Shown here: piece by piece, positions 39,027-52,302 of the stretch
How the letters are laid out: every line of letters starts with the position of its first letter
Position numbering within the stretch: position 1 is the first letter of the stretch
NCBI RefSeq assembly: GCF_006345805.1
Contig: NC_043013.1
Location: 29,202,001-29,266,000, forward strand
Reading direction: 5' to 3'
Source: Octopus sinensis
Taxonomy: Eukaryota
Length of the DNA: 64,000 nucleotides
Program-made: the position numbers and the translations under genes
The notes under the pieces: model-generated
Told to the model about the DNA's origin: nothing
What the model saw: only the letters and a program-made list of their open reading frames with translations
Databases searched by the model: none

Positions 39027-42000
39027 CTGTAAAAGTAAAAGAAGAAACACGAACAATAATTATTAATGTAAGTAAATAAAATGTAAACGATCACATCAAA
39101 TATATATGTTGCATACAGATAAGGAGAAAGACTCCGATATATATATGCATGTATGTGTGTGTGTGTGTATGTGTGTGTGTGTGTGTGTTAAATAATGGAA
39201 TTTATCTTGAAGTTTTTAGCTACAGTTGTTTCTATACGACATATGGAATACATTTCGTAAATATAAAAATTAATATGAATATAATGAATTTATAATACAT
39301 ACATAGATATGCACACACACACACACACACACGCACACACACATACACATACACACACACACACTTACACATACTTACTCCCACTCTCTCTCTCTCTTGT
39401 GTGAATTAGTTATATTAATATTAAGAAATATTAATATCCATTTTATGCAATATGTTTCTCATGAATAAAGTCGAACCAGGTGGCATTTTATCCATCAATC
39501 TATTTTTTCTACGATTCATCTTTCCGCCTCTTCGTCCTTTTCTACATGGCGCAGAAATAACAGCCAAGTGTTCCCCAATCTACAGTCTATCATTGTAAAT
39601 ACATGGATTCGTTAGATGCTGTTGTCTTTGATGTATAATTTTCTTGTAAATTGATGGATAGATTATGGCTTGAAGCGTTCTAATTTTAGGCCACCTCGAT
39701 AAGAGCCCATTTGCAACGGAATAACCACAATAACAACAACAAAAACAACAGCAGCAGCAGCAGTGGCAGAGGCAGCAGCAGCAAAATAATAAAGATGCTG
39801 CTGCAGTTGGTCATGATTATAAATTGCAAACCCTTTAACAATTTGAAAATATTATTTCAAATGCTGATTACTGATTTAAAAGATTTTCGAAAGGAAATGT
39901 ATACAGCAATCCCTCGCCATATCGTGCTTCACTTATCGCGCACTCAGTATATCGCGGATTTTTCTCGCTAATATATGTAAATTTATATCGCGGACTCATC
40001 AGTATATCGCTGGTTTCTGAGGCGGATATGTATTTATATTTTTTTAGATTTTAATTATTTCTCTATGAGGTTTTGGAACGTAACACCCACAATAGTCGAG
40101 GGATTATTGTACATATATAATGAACTAAAACGTTGTTTAAAGTACATTTATAAGGAGATTGTTGATAAAGGGAGAGAATGTCTCTAACACAAATACTGTG
40201 TTGTATACATGAATACTGCATTGTGTTGGCATTAAAATGAATGTATGATACAAGGTAACGATAATGATTGAACGACTAACAACAATACTAAAGCTGTGCT
40301 TAATGGTGAAAGAACGGGATAAAGAAGCACTACTAAGTACATTAAAGTCTTATAAGTCAATGCTATATCCTACCTGTGTTAGCAGTGCGATTCAATCACA
40401 TTTTAAAGTTATCTCAAAAGATTTTCTATAGAAATTAGAGCCAGTACTGAGAGTTACAACATTTCAATTACGAATACGTCTGCGTAAACAATGTAATCGA
40501 AGTTAGAAAATAGGTAAGTGTTGTATATTCATATTTCAGAAATTTTTGCTCCTTTTTCAGCAGCATACGCATTACTTAAATAATCACTAAATTTAGTTGT
40601 GGAACACGACTGGATAGACCAATTTTATATATTCTTTTCTAGTCTAAGCACAAGGCCCGAAATTTTTGGGAAGCGGGGGCAGTCGATTAGATCAATCCCA
40701 GTACGTAACTTGTGCTTAATTTATCGACCCCGAGAGGATGAAATGCAAAATCGACTTCGGCGGAATTTGAACTCAGAATGTAAAGACAGACGAAAACCAA
40801 TTCTATATATTAAACACGTTCCTGGTAACGTATACGTACATATGAATTTCTGGTAGGGATACCGTTTTTCTGAAGATAACCACAGTGCAGTAGTTTCTAA
40901 ATTTTCTCGAATTTTAAAGCAAACCATTCCTTGTAATTTTGGTACAAGGCCAGCGACTTTGAGGGACGGGGGCAAATCGATTACAATGACCTCAGTACTC
41001 GACTGGTAACTTATTTCAGCGACCAACGAAAAGGTGAAAGGCAAAGTTAGCACCGGCGGTATTTGAGCTGAGAATGTGAAGAGCCAGAAGAAATATTAAG
41101 AAATTTCTCTGATTCAACCATTCTGCTATCTCAACGTCTTTCTTACAACGTTTATAGGTCAATTAGAAAATGTATGGAAATGGATTAATTCAACTCTATA
41201 CGTTATTTTCATATGACTGTTAACTGATATGTTTTGTGTGTGTGTGCGTGGGGAGGAGTGTGTGTGAGTGTTTGTGTGTATATATGTACATAAACATAGA
41301 TATAATTAAAGAGAAAACTCTTAGTTAATATTTGACACCATTAAGCATTTTCAAGAAATAGAGAGGGTTAACTTTCTTTAAATACTTTTTTACTAAATAT
41401 TATTTGATTACGTGTCAGTTGAAGATATTTTATCTCTATAGCAAGAATGCTTTTCTCTTTTATTTTATTTATTTATTTATCTATCTATTTATGTATTTAT
41501 TTTACGCAAAATACTTCTGACACATTTTTCTTGCTAGAAACTAAACGCGAAGGGAATTTTCTTTGTCTTTCTTTTTTTTTAAAGATGAATAATGTATTTA
41601 AATTTACTTTCTCTTACTTTCTATATTTTGGTACGTTTATTAAACAAATATACTTACTTTAATAATGAATAAATAAGTTTCTGTGAGTGCAAGTCGTTTT
41701 CCCAAACAACTTCTCGGCCCGAAGCCGAATTGCATTACAGTGAACGGATGGGTGATTTCCCTTTCTTCCGAATCTCTTATCCATCTATTTGGTTTAAATT
41801 CTGTTGCATTTTCAAAGTATTCGTCACTCATTGCCGGCCATATGTGATGCATTTTTACGTATGTCTAATAAATAATAACAGAAAAAGAATGAATAATATT
41901 TTCCTTAAGAATTTTAACAGTAAAACATAAAATACAAAATAAATGTAAAAATTAAAAAAATATTTAAGTAATACTGATGTATATTAAGATTTAACAAAAA

Positions 42001-43301
42001 GGCCCTAGTAGTATGTCTATTTGAATATTTTTTTTATATTGGTTCCGGCTTGATGAAGGGAAGACTTTCTTAACGAAATCAAACAACGCAAAGAAGTTAT
42101 TAGGTTGAAGTACGACAACAATTCCTTGAACAAAACGAAACAAAATACAACTCCAGCTTAAAGCGATATTTTATCTACGACAAAGTAAAGATAGAACAGA
42201 AATCAATGCAATACCAACGACGAGAGTGAAAGAATTGAGAGGAGGAGTATGGAGAGTAAAAAGGAAAACTATCAAGTACGATGTAGTTTAAAGCAACGAA
42301 GACAACATCTGCAAAGTTAATTATGGAAGAGTGGAAGCATAATAACTGGTGGAACCCAGATGCCGCAAAAAGCAAGTAAGTGGGTGTCATCTTGGCAAAA
42401 TTTAAGCATCAAATTGAAATACTGAATAAGAGCAAATAAGCTGTTAGCTGAGATGTTTAATAAGGCATTAATGAAGCTAGAGATATCAATGGGAGGAAAA
42501 TCATCTTAATCTTAACTATTAAGGTAAGAAACCATAAAAACAGTACCTCTTACCTTAACCCCAATCAAACTATGCTGGCGGTAAGGGTAGGTATACGGTG
42601 AGCACAAAAACGAACGCTAGATAACCTACTCTTTGCAGACGATATTTGTATGCAGACGATATTTGTATTATGTGCAAGACGTACCAGAGAGACGAACAGG
42701 CTAATAATGTTATCAGAGGAAACTAGACCGAGGATTAACGTTGGTTAATCGGGTCATGAAAATTTAGACCTAGAAGCATGGTTCTGTTATGGTTGAAAAA
42801 TCATACCTTGAACGAAGAGAAGCGCTTACGTATCTAGAAAACATTGTCTGCTACTTGAAATACAGAAGATATCGAAACTAGATACAGAAACGGGAATCAA
42901 TTGCTAAAAAAATATTTTCAGTTTACCGTTGTAAGTATGGCTACATGCATTTAACTATAAATACTTTATGCAGAAGCTGCTTTTCAGAAGTTCTCTATTG
43001 TGCTTATTAATTTGCGTATCAATCAATTATTTTCATACAAGAAATGAAAATCAAGTAGCAGCCATATCAGTTGTACTGAAGTCTTGATAACTACGAATTG
43101 CCTGTGCTTCTCTGAGGACCAAAACATATCTATGGCTCTCACCATAGCAACAAAAAATTAGGTTTATTAATGCTAATGAGTTTTCTCCTTGTTACGGTTA
43201 TGATTTCAGTTAATGGAAAATTATTTTTGGTTCACTACACTCAGTAATTTAATCTGCGTTAGCGCATGATGTATGCGTATATATATATATATATATGAAT
43301 G

Positions 43302-43393
<92 letters not shown>

Positions 43394-45109
43394 CACGAAC
43401 ACACGTATGTGTGTGTGTGTGTTTGTCCGTTTATACGTGTGTGCGTGTATTTGATTGCTATTTTTAACTGCACGAGAGATCATGTAGCAATGCCCTTGTT
43501 TGCTGATCAGGTAGCTTTTTATTGTGTTTGGAGGGAGCCGTCTACAAAAATTATAGTACATTCCAATCTAGTCTGCTATATATATTCCATATCTCGAGGT
43601 ATAGAACTCGGCCATATTGGACGATAAGTAATCGTAAATACATTACAAACTCCTCTTCTAAATTCTGTATATATAAATGTATATATATTTTGTATATATA
43701 AATGCTTACCCCTTTCGGAATTGTATATCCACGAATGTTTATATCTTTGTACAACTGTCTGAAGTTTCCTGGAATAACTGGGTAGTACCTGAAAACGAAA
43801 AAAAAAAAAATGCGTTTTTTAAAAATATATTTTTCAACTTTTTTTAGAAAGAGTTAGTGATTTCTTACATTGTACTTAGTCTATCTTTTAAACGATTTAT
43901 AATTTCTTTGGTTACCGCCTTCCCTTGATGATCCCAAACACGTGCTTATTTTGTTTAACGGTGAATACAACGCTACAGTCACGAAAAGTTGTGGGAGGAA
44001 ATGAGAAAGATATCCTCATGCAGGAAACAACCTGATCCGCTCGCATGCCACATAGTTGATTCTAATGAAGTCAACCAAGTTCTCGGTGATTAGAGTGTTA
44101 AACCAGATGACAGGTGAAGGTTACCACTCACGTAGGCCATGGCGGGATTTAAACACAAAACTCGAAGAGCAAGAATAAATACCATAAGGCATCCGGTTTG
44201 GCATTCCACTAATCCGAAGCCTTCGAATGACCCTTATTTTATTGACCCCCCCCCCCAAAAAAAAAATGAAAGGCGAAGTTGACCTCGATGAGATTTGAAC
44301 TCAGAGTGTTGAGGTTCGCAAAACATTCTACTCGACTCGATACTCAAATGACTCGGCCACTTTATCGCTACGGGAAAATTCACGAAGCAATAATTGTACT
44401 GCAAACCAAGAATTTATTTTTATGCTGTTCCATGCTTGTATGTATATTATGTATGTTATGTATATTCACCGAAATTTTAATCTGTTGCTATTGTAAGTGC
44501 TTCTTTTAATTTAACTGTAGCCCTGCTACTGTTTGCATCAATCAGTAAATGTTTCGTTTGACGATTTCTGTGTCGGAACAAGCATTTGTAGTTTGGCTCT
44601 GAATGTCCGGAATATTAGTCACAAAGGAGACCAAATCAAGTCGTAATACCGTGTCGAGCGATCCACTAGAATTCTAAGCAAAGACTTTTATTTGTTTATT
44701 TATGTATGTTGAAAGAAAGATAGATAATTAGATAGATAGGAACATAGATAGACAGTCCCACTGCGTGGCATCTTGGGCAAGTGTCTTCTGCTATAGCCCC
44801 GGGCCGACCAATGCCTTGTGAGTGGATTTGGTAGACGGAAACTGAAAGAAGCCTGTCGTATATATGTATATATATATATGTATGTGTGTGTATGTGTTTG
44901 TGTGTCTGTGTTTGTCTCCCTAGCATTGCTTGACAACCGATGCTGGTGTGTTTACGTCCCCGTCACTTAGCGGTTCGGCAAAAGAGACCGATAGAATAAG
45001 TACTGAGCTTACAAAGAATAAGTCCTGGGGTCGATTTGGTCGACTAAAGGCGGTGCTCCAGCATGACCGCAGTCAAATGACTGAAACAAGTAAAAGAGAG
45101 AGAGAGATC

Positions 45110-45140
<31 letters not shown>

Positions 45141-46454
45141 GGAGATAGTGGTGATAGGTAGGGACATGCTGATATATTTTTGTTGAATTATTAAACGTTT
45201 GTAAAAGATCTTTCAAATACAAACCTTAATGTTTCTTTCACAAATGCTTTTAAATATGGCATCTTTGCGAACGTGGCTTGCGTTATGTCGTTATTATGTT
45301 CGTTAAGCGTAACTCTGCGAATTTCTTCTCGTAACGATTCTTGTGCTTCTGGATGTTGTGTTAACGCGTATAAGACAAACGACAACAAACTTCTTAACTG
45401 GAAAAAAAAAAAAAAAAAAAATGGTCAGTAGCAGAAAATACAACACATGAATGGAAAAACAGCTCATGAATGGAAATGAAAGAATGCAAAGGGAACCGAT
45501 GTCGGTTACGACGAAGAGTTTTGATCGGGAATACAAGATACTCATTGAATCATAGCGCTGGGGCCCAGCATTCAACAGACACTTGTACCTTTAATAAACG
45601 TTTCCGTGTGATGCGGTTCGTGACAAAGATGGTTTCATGAATTGTAACTACTTCCATTCAAGCAGACTTCCTCTGCACAGTTTCCGTCAACGCAATATCA
45701 TTTGCAAGATATATGTTGACCCGACGCTATACTAGATATCCCTTGCCAAAGATACAATATCCAGGCGCAACGCCTGGGACCGCAAACCTGCGAAACGAAT
45801 TTCTTAAGCATTCGACTATGATTGCGTGTTGTGCTTTTGTATTAATTTCATTCAAATTTTCAGTTGTTTTGTTTTTAATTCAAATATTATTTTGCGTGTA
45901 GATTTGTCTGTCAATTTCAATTTAAGCACCAAAAGTATGCACCTCATCTCAAGTTTTATCATCGGGAATTTGGAATCAGATAGAAACAAAAAAGAAAAGG
46001 AAAGAAAAACACAAAAAAGAACAAAAAAGAATAGAAACCGTCTCCATCCAGAGAAAGGAAAAATTGGAATTTAAATTCATGTCTGTCCGTGGTCTATAAT
46101 TTAATGTGTTACTTGCCCGTAAACCGGTGTCAGAATTTAAATTTTAGATTTAATGAGGTCCCAGCGTGTATAGCTTGTTTACTAAAGGCACAAGTCCAGT
46201 ACATACATACATACAACGCACATATTATATAAACGCACATATTACATTGCGGAATCTCTTGTCGGAGACAACAGAAGTTTCCGCACAGATAAATTGTGAT
46301 CAAATGTTAGGGCTTTACATTAGCTCACAGCCTCCATAAAATTGGAGTTTTCCTGTATATATATATCTAAATATATATATACTGACACACATACATACAT
46401 ACACACATACATACATACACGCACACGCACATAATACATACATACATACATACA

Positions 46455-46488
<34 letters not shown>

Positions 46489-46506
46489 CATACATACATA
46501 CATACA

Positions 46507-46537
<31 letters not shown>

Positions 46538-46782
46538 GTATGAATGTATGGCTGTGACGTTAATCTCAACAAAAGAGATGGGTACATGTGTAATCAACAT
46601 CCCAGAAAAATTTTTGTCTTAAGTAAATCATCTTCTCTTTGAGAAATGGTAAATAGTTAATTTGGTAAACTGTCGCTGCTGTCATCGAATTTGGGACGGT
46701 GTCAGCGTTAGCAAACTCATTTAATAAAGTCTATGACAATGATAACACACAGATATACACGCACATAGAGACACACACGCAC

Positions 46783-46830
<48 letters not shown>

Positions 46831-46957
46831 ATATATACATATATACAAACATACATATATACATACATATATATATACATGCACATACACACATCTGTCA
46901 GTGCTCTACTGAAAACTCCAACACAATAATCGACATATACCCATTAATCCAAAATAT

Positions 46958-47026
<69 letters not shown>

Positions 47027-49026
47027 TTCATAAATATATATATATATTTATGTATATATACATGTATATATACACGCACACATACATTCACATAGTATAA
47101 ATATATTTTATATGTACACGTACACACACAGACATACACACATACACACACATAGATGGATGGATGGATTGACAGACAGACAGACATATAGATAAATAGA
47201 TAGATAGATACAGAAGCTAATTAGATGAATTCCAGAAGATTCCAGCAATGTCAGGTTCGTGTCAAAGAGGTCATTAATATGTCAGCATTTAACGGAAAGA
47301 CACGAAATTTAGTTGGATACAGCGAAGTCACTATACAGACTTGTCATATCCACTGACATTTAAGATTTTTAATATTGTTATTTATAGAGAGAGGTCAAAC
47401 ACCTTAACCGATTGGATCTAAACCGACATTTATTATTGTCATTGCTGTTGTTGTTGTTTGTTTGTGTTTAGCCGCAGATTATGTAGAAAGTTGGAGCTGA
47501 TTCTTCCCTAATAAATGGGTCGGCGGAGCTCCTATTTGCTTACATATCTGTGTGGAATCGTAAGTCCACTGACCAGTAGCATCTGGCGTTTGAATGACGT
47601 GGCTTACATCTCTCTACATTGCCTTTTTTGGCCACTTGTTCGCCTGGGTTGGTGAATGGTTCTTCATCCACCTACTCCTTGGATCTTGTTAAATTTCTTG
47701 CAACCATTTTAAGTGTTTCAAATTTTCTCCAGATTATTTTAAACTGTTCTACACTGATGTAACTTCGTTATAATTAGGTTCTAGAAAATGAATACAAGTT
47801 TCGTCATCAGAAAAATCTTGTACAAATTTAGATTACTTCAAGTTGTGGGAAGAGATTTAACAAGATCCTTTTCTTATACGTCGATACATTATCGATAGCA
47901 TATTTATATCCATGACAACTTTTGTTTAAGAAGGGAATTTTATGATATCCCTCACTATGTTGTCAGTAAATGAATATAAAAAATACCCAGTCAAGTAAAT
48001 AATCACCGGTTTAAAAACAAATTCATGGGGCGGGGAAAAACACGAGACATGAGCTAGAAGCTGGCTTGTAGCACACTCTGCGTCTGTACGGACGAGGTCG
48101 ATTTGATGGCGAACATAAGCTTATGTACAGCCCAAAGATTTGATCACTATAAGCTAAACATCTGTGCAGGTTGCTTTTAGCAAGATGTTGCAGAATCGTC
48201 TTTCTCGAAGTCGAGAGGTAACTAACAACAATACTTGTCTAACACGTATTTTGATGTGTCTATCTTTAAGTCTTGGTCTATGACATCAAGTCTTTGATCA
48301 CACATTTCTCTCTCTCTCTCTCTCGTTTTTCTTTTCGTCTCTTCTCCTGTCTCTGTTCTTCTTTGTCCTTCCGTCTTCGTCGTTTCTACATCCTTCATTT
48401 TGTCTACTATCTGTGACTGTCTATCTCTCTTTAGTCATTTGCTTAAACACAAGAAACCAGCTTGTTGATATCGGGATATTAAAAAAATAAAAATAAAACA
48501 AAGAAACATTATTTGAGATAAAATAAATGTTAGAAGGGAATATTTACTGTGAAAACTGATGATGCAATGATGTCTTTGATGATGGTCGTTATTTCCTGTT
48601 TGTTCAGTTTGTTTTCTTGTAATAACTGGCAAAGCAAACCATTTTCTAAAAATGCCTTCCCAGCTGCATGTGGACAACCGCTTTCCTCTTCCATTTTCGT
48701 ATTTGTGTGGTGTGGACACCGTCGTTTTGTGAATTTTTCAACTTCGACTAACATTTTATTTTCGATGAATCTATGTTAAAAACAAAGAGAAAGGGAAAAA
48801 AGCCCTGTTAATAACTATTAGTTCTTTGGGAGTGAGGGATAAAAGAAGCACATGAATACATAAATAATCATCTCCTAATTACTCTACGCAACTAAGAGTG
48901 AACCGTTACGTAGTCGCCCGATTTGTTAAAAATAGCGGCCATATTCCCCTCAAATCTCATCTATGCCTTCCCAAAACAAATACTTCAGTATTGTGTCTTT
49001 CTTAGACTATATCCACGTTAAGTATG

Positions 49027-49072
<46 letters not shown>

Positions 49073-50846
49073 TGTGTGTGCGTGTGAGTATGTGTATGCG
49101 TTTGCATATATGTGTTTGTGTGTGTGTAATTGCTGGTGTTTGCTTCCAGGTCTACCCTAATCGAATATCTTTGCTATCAAAGTAATTCTAGTCGTGCCCT
49201 TCTCGTCTTTACTGAGTCATCTCGGACTACCATCATTTAATATATCATTTACTTTCTCCTTTAAGATGGTTGGCTTATGATTTGACCGAAATTTGTCTAT
49301 CTAATACTAGCATAGACTGCCTCGCCGGCTTAACTGAAAGTTATTTCTGCGTAAGTATACTGAATAAATCTCAGCCAGAACAGTAATTAGTCTAAAATAT
49401 CTTACAGATATGCTTGAATAGAAATATGATGTAGAGATAATCAATCAAACATTTAATGTAACTCGAGATATTAGGGTACGTTGCATATTCTGTCAGAAAT
49501 ACTTGAGAAATTCCGGTCAACTAGTTCACCAGTATATGGGTCAAACTATGCAGTTATAACCTAAATTGTCTCATAAACTTTCTTTTCGTGAAAACGACGT
49601 TTTATTAATACTTAACCATCTTGAACCAATTAAAGAAACATATCTTAGAATCATTGCAGTTGTTGTTGTTGCCGTCTACTCAAAAACAGCCTGATGGAGT
49701 GAATTCATGAACAAAGGCATTCCAGTTGTGAACATCCGGCGTTTTATTTATGTATAAGTGTATCTAGGACTTCATCGACCATGTACTATATATAGGTATA
49801 TATATATATATATATATATATACTATACTTATAACATTTGACAACTTCAGGGATTCAACACTTCTCAAATAGTCACTGAAAGATATAGTACTCTGAGAGT
49901 GATTTTGCTGAAACCCACCAGTTGATACATTTTGTGTCTAAATAACGCCCAATGCCATGCATGTATTCGTGTTTCTTTACCATTTTTTAAAGAGGAAAGG
50001 CAGTGATCATGATCCCTTTCATGGCCACGGAGACTCGTTGGATGGGGTAAGGGGGATGGCCTCGTCAAACTGAAGACCTGCTTTCAATGCCTGCAACGGA
50101 AATGGATCCAATCTCACACAAAGCACCCAAGGACACCAAATGGTGTGTCGAATCAGGCAACGTTGGAGATTTCTGCGAGTATGCGTGTGTGTTTGTATGT
50201 ACATGTGTGTTCGTGTGTATGTACATTTGTGTGTGTTTCTCTGTACATGTGTGTGTGCGTGTGTGCGTGCGTTTGAACTGGCTCTCCGTCGGTTACGACG
50301 ATGGGTTGTTCCGATCAACGGAACATCCTGCTTGTGAAATTAACGTGCAAGTGGCTGAGACACGTGCACTCTTAACGTATTTCTCAGGGAGATTCAGTGC
50401 GACGCACAATATGACAAGGCCGGCCCTGTCAATTACAAGTACAACTCATTTTTGTCAGCTGAGTGAACTGAAGCAACGTAAAATGAAATATATTGCTCAA
50501 AGACACAACGTACTGCCGAGTATCGAACTCGCGACCTTAGCCTCTAAATCACGCGCCTATATATTATGAGTAAATTTATTTGTGTGAATGTTGTAAAACA
50601 AAGTAAAACGCTAAAATCACTTACCTGTCGAGCTGTTGTGTGAGGTTTGAAAATTCTTTAAATAGAGGTGTCTCGAAGTACATATAGAGCGGGAAAGACA
50701 GCAGACTTTTCATGATTTGGAGGTTAGATTTTTTTAATATCTGAAGATATTGGATGCCCATCTGATTTTCGTTCATATCCGTCCAGTCCTCGTCTAATCT
50801 TTCTTTAAAGCATGTTGTAGCTATACCTTGAATAATAATGATAGTG

Positions 50847-50886
<40 letters not shown>

Positions 50887-50887
50887 C

Positions 50888-50920
<33 letters not shown>

Positions 50921-52251
50921 AATAATAATCATAATAATAATAACAAATAATAATTTTTTTTTCTTGTAAAGGTACGAGGCCTGAAATTTTGGTGGGAGGG
51001 AATCGATTACATCGATTTCAGGATCCTAGTGGTACTTAATTTATCGATCCCGAAAGGATGAAAGGGAAATTGACCTCCGGGGAATTTGAATTCAGAACGT
51101 AGCGACAGGCGAAATACTGCTAAGCATTTCGCCCAGCGTGCTAACGATTCTGCCAGCTCGCCACCTTATTAATGATGATGATGATGATAACAACAACAAC
51201 AATAATGCTAATGGTTTCAAATGTTACTACAAGGGCAGCCATTTTGGGGGAGGGGATGAGTCGATTACATCGATCCCAGTGTTTCACTTGTACTTAATTT
51301 GTCGACCCCGAGAGGATGAAAGGCAAAGTTGACCTCGGCGAAATTTGAACTCAGAAGGTAAAGCATGCTGCTAAGCATTTTGCTCGGGGTGCTAACGATT
51401 CTGCCAGTTCATAGAATTAACGTGCAAGTGGCTGAGAACTCCGCAGACACGCGTACCCTTAACCTCGTTCTCTCGGAGATTCAGCGTGACACAGTGTGAC
51501 AAAGCTGGCCTTTTGAATTACAGATACAACTCATTTTTTGTCAGCTTGAATGAACTGGATCAACGTGGAATAAAGCATCTTGTTCAAGGACACAACTGCA
51601 GGGAATCGAACGCACGATCTTACGATCGTGAGTCGAATATACTACCCACTGAGTCACGTGCCTTCATAAGAATATGCGTCTCATGACTACTGATCAAGAC
51701 TGGTTAAAATCATTTTTTCTATAGAAATAACATATGCAGAATTGAACATTTTCGTTCAAAGTGAGTTTCAGGGCGTTTATCAAGCATTCAACATCAAATC
51801 TCAAAATCTGAGAAATCAGTCGCAATTAGTGTCTTCTTAAGACTAAAAAACTGCGCTAAGTCACGTCAGCTGAGTATCTAGTTCAGTGATTCAAACTAGT
51901 AAAAGTGTAAATCTGTGCGAAGCAGTTTGCGAACGGAAAGCATAAATGAAAACAACGGGAAAATTGTGAGACGTTATCGTAAAGTTTAGGCATTTACCTT
52001 CTAATGTATATCGCTCCAGAATTTTGTTCAGATCTGTGACCACACCTTCGTCGTCCTTTCTGGAATCGAGTAGCTGTAATAATTCGTCTGCCAGAATCTG
52101 GTGCTCTTTGAATAAGCTATGTGTATATTCTAATCGAAAGAGTTTCTTCTGAACAGCACTTCGCGTATGTTTCCAATATTTTCCTTCCCTTCAATCAAAG
52201 AAAAGATACATGGAATATAGATTTTGTTCAAATATCAAAGGAAATGTCTGT

Positions 52252-52302
<51 letters not shown>

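Noticed and set aside
47400-47950. Possible RTE 3' relic in CYP intron 5
   Set aside because: Similarity too weak to support without a search.
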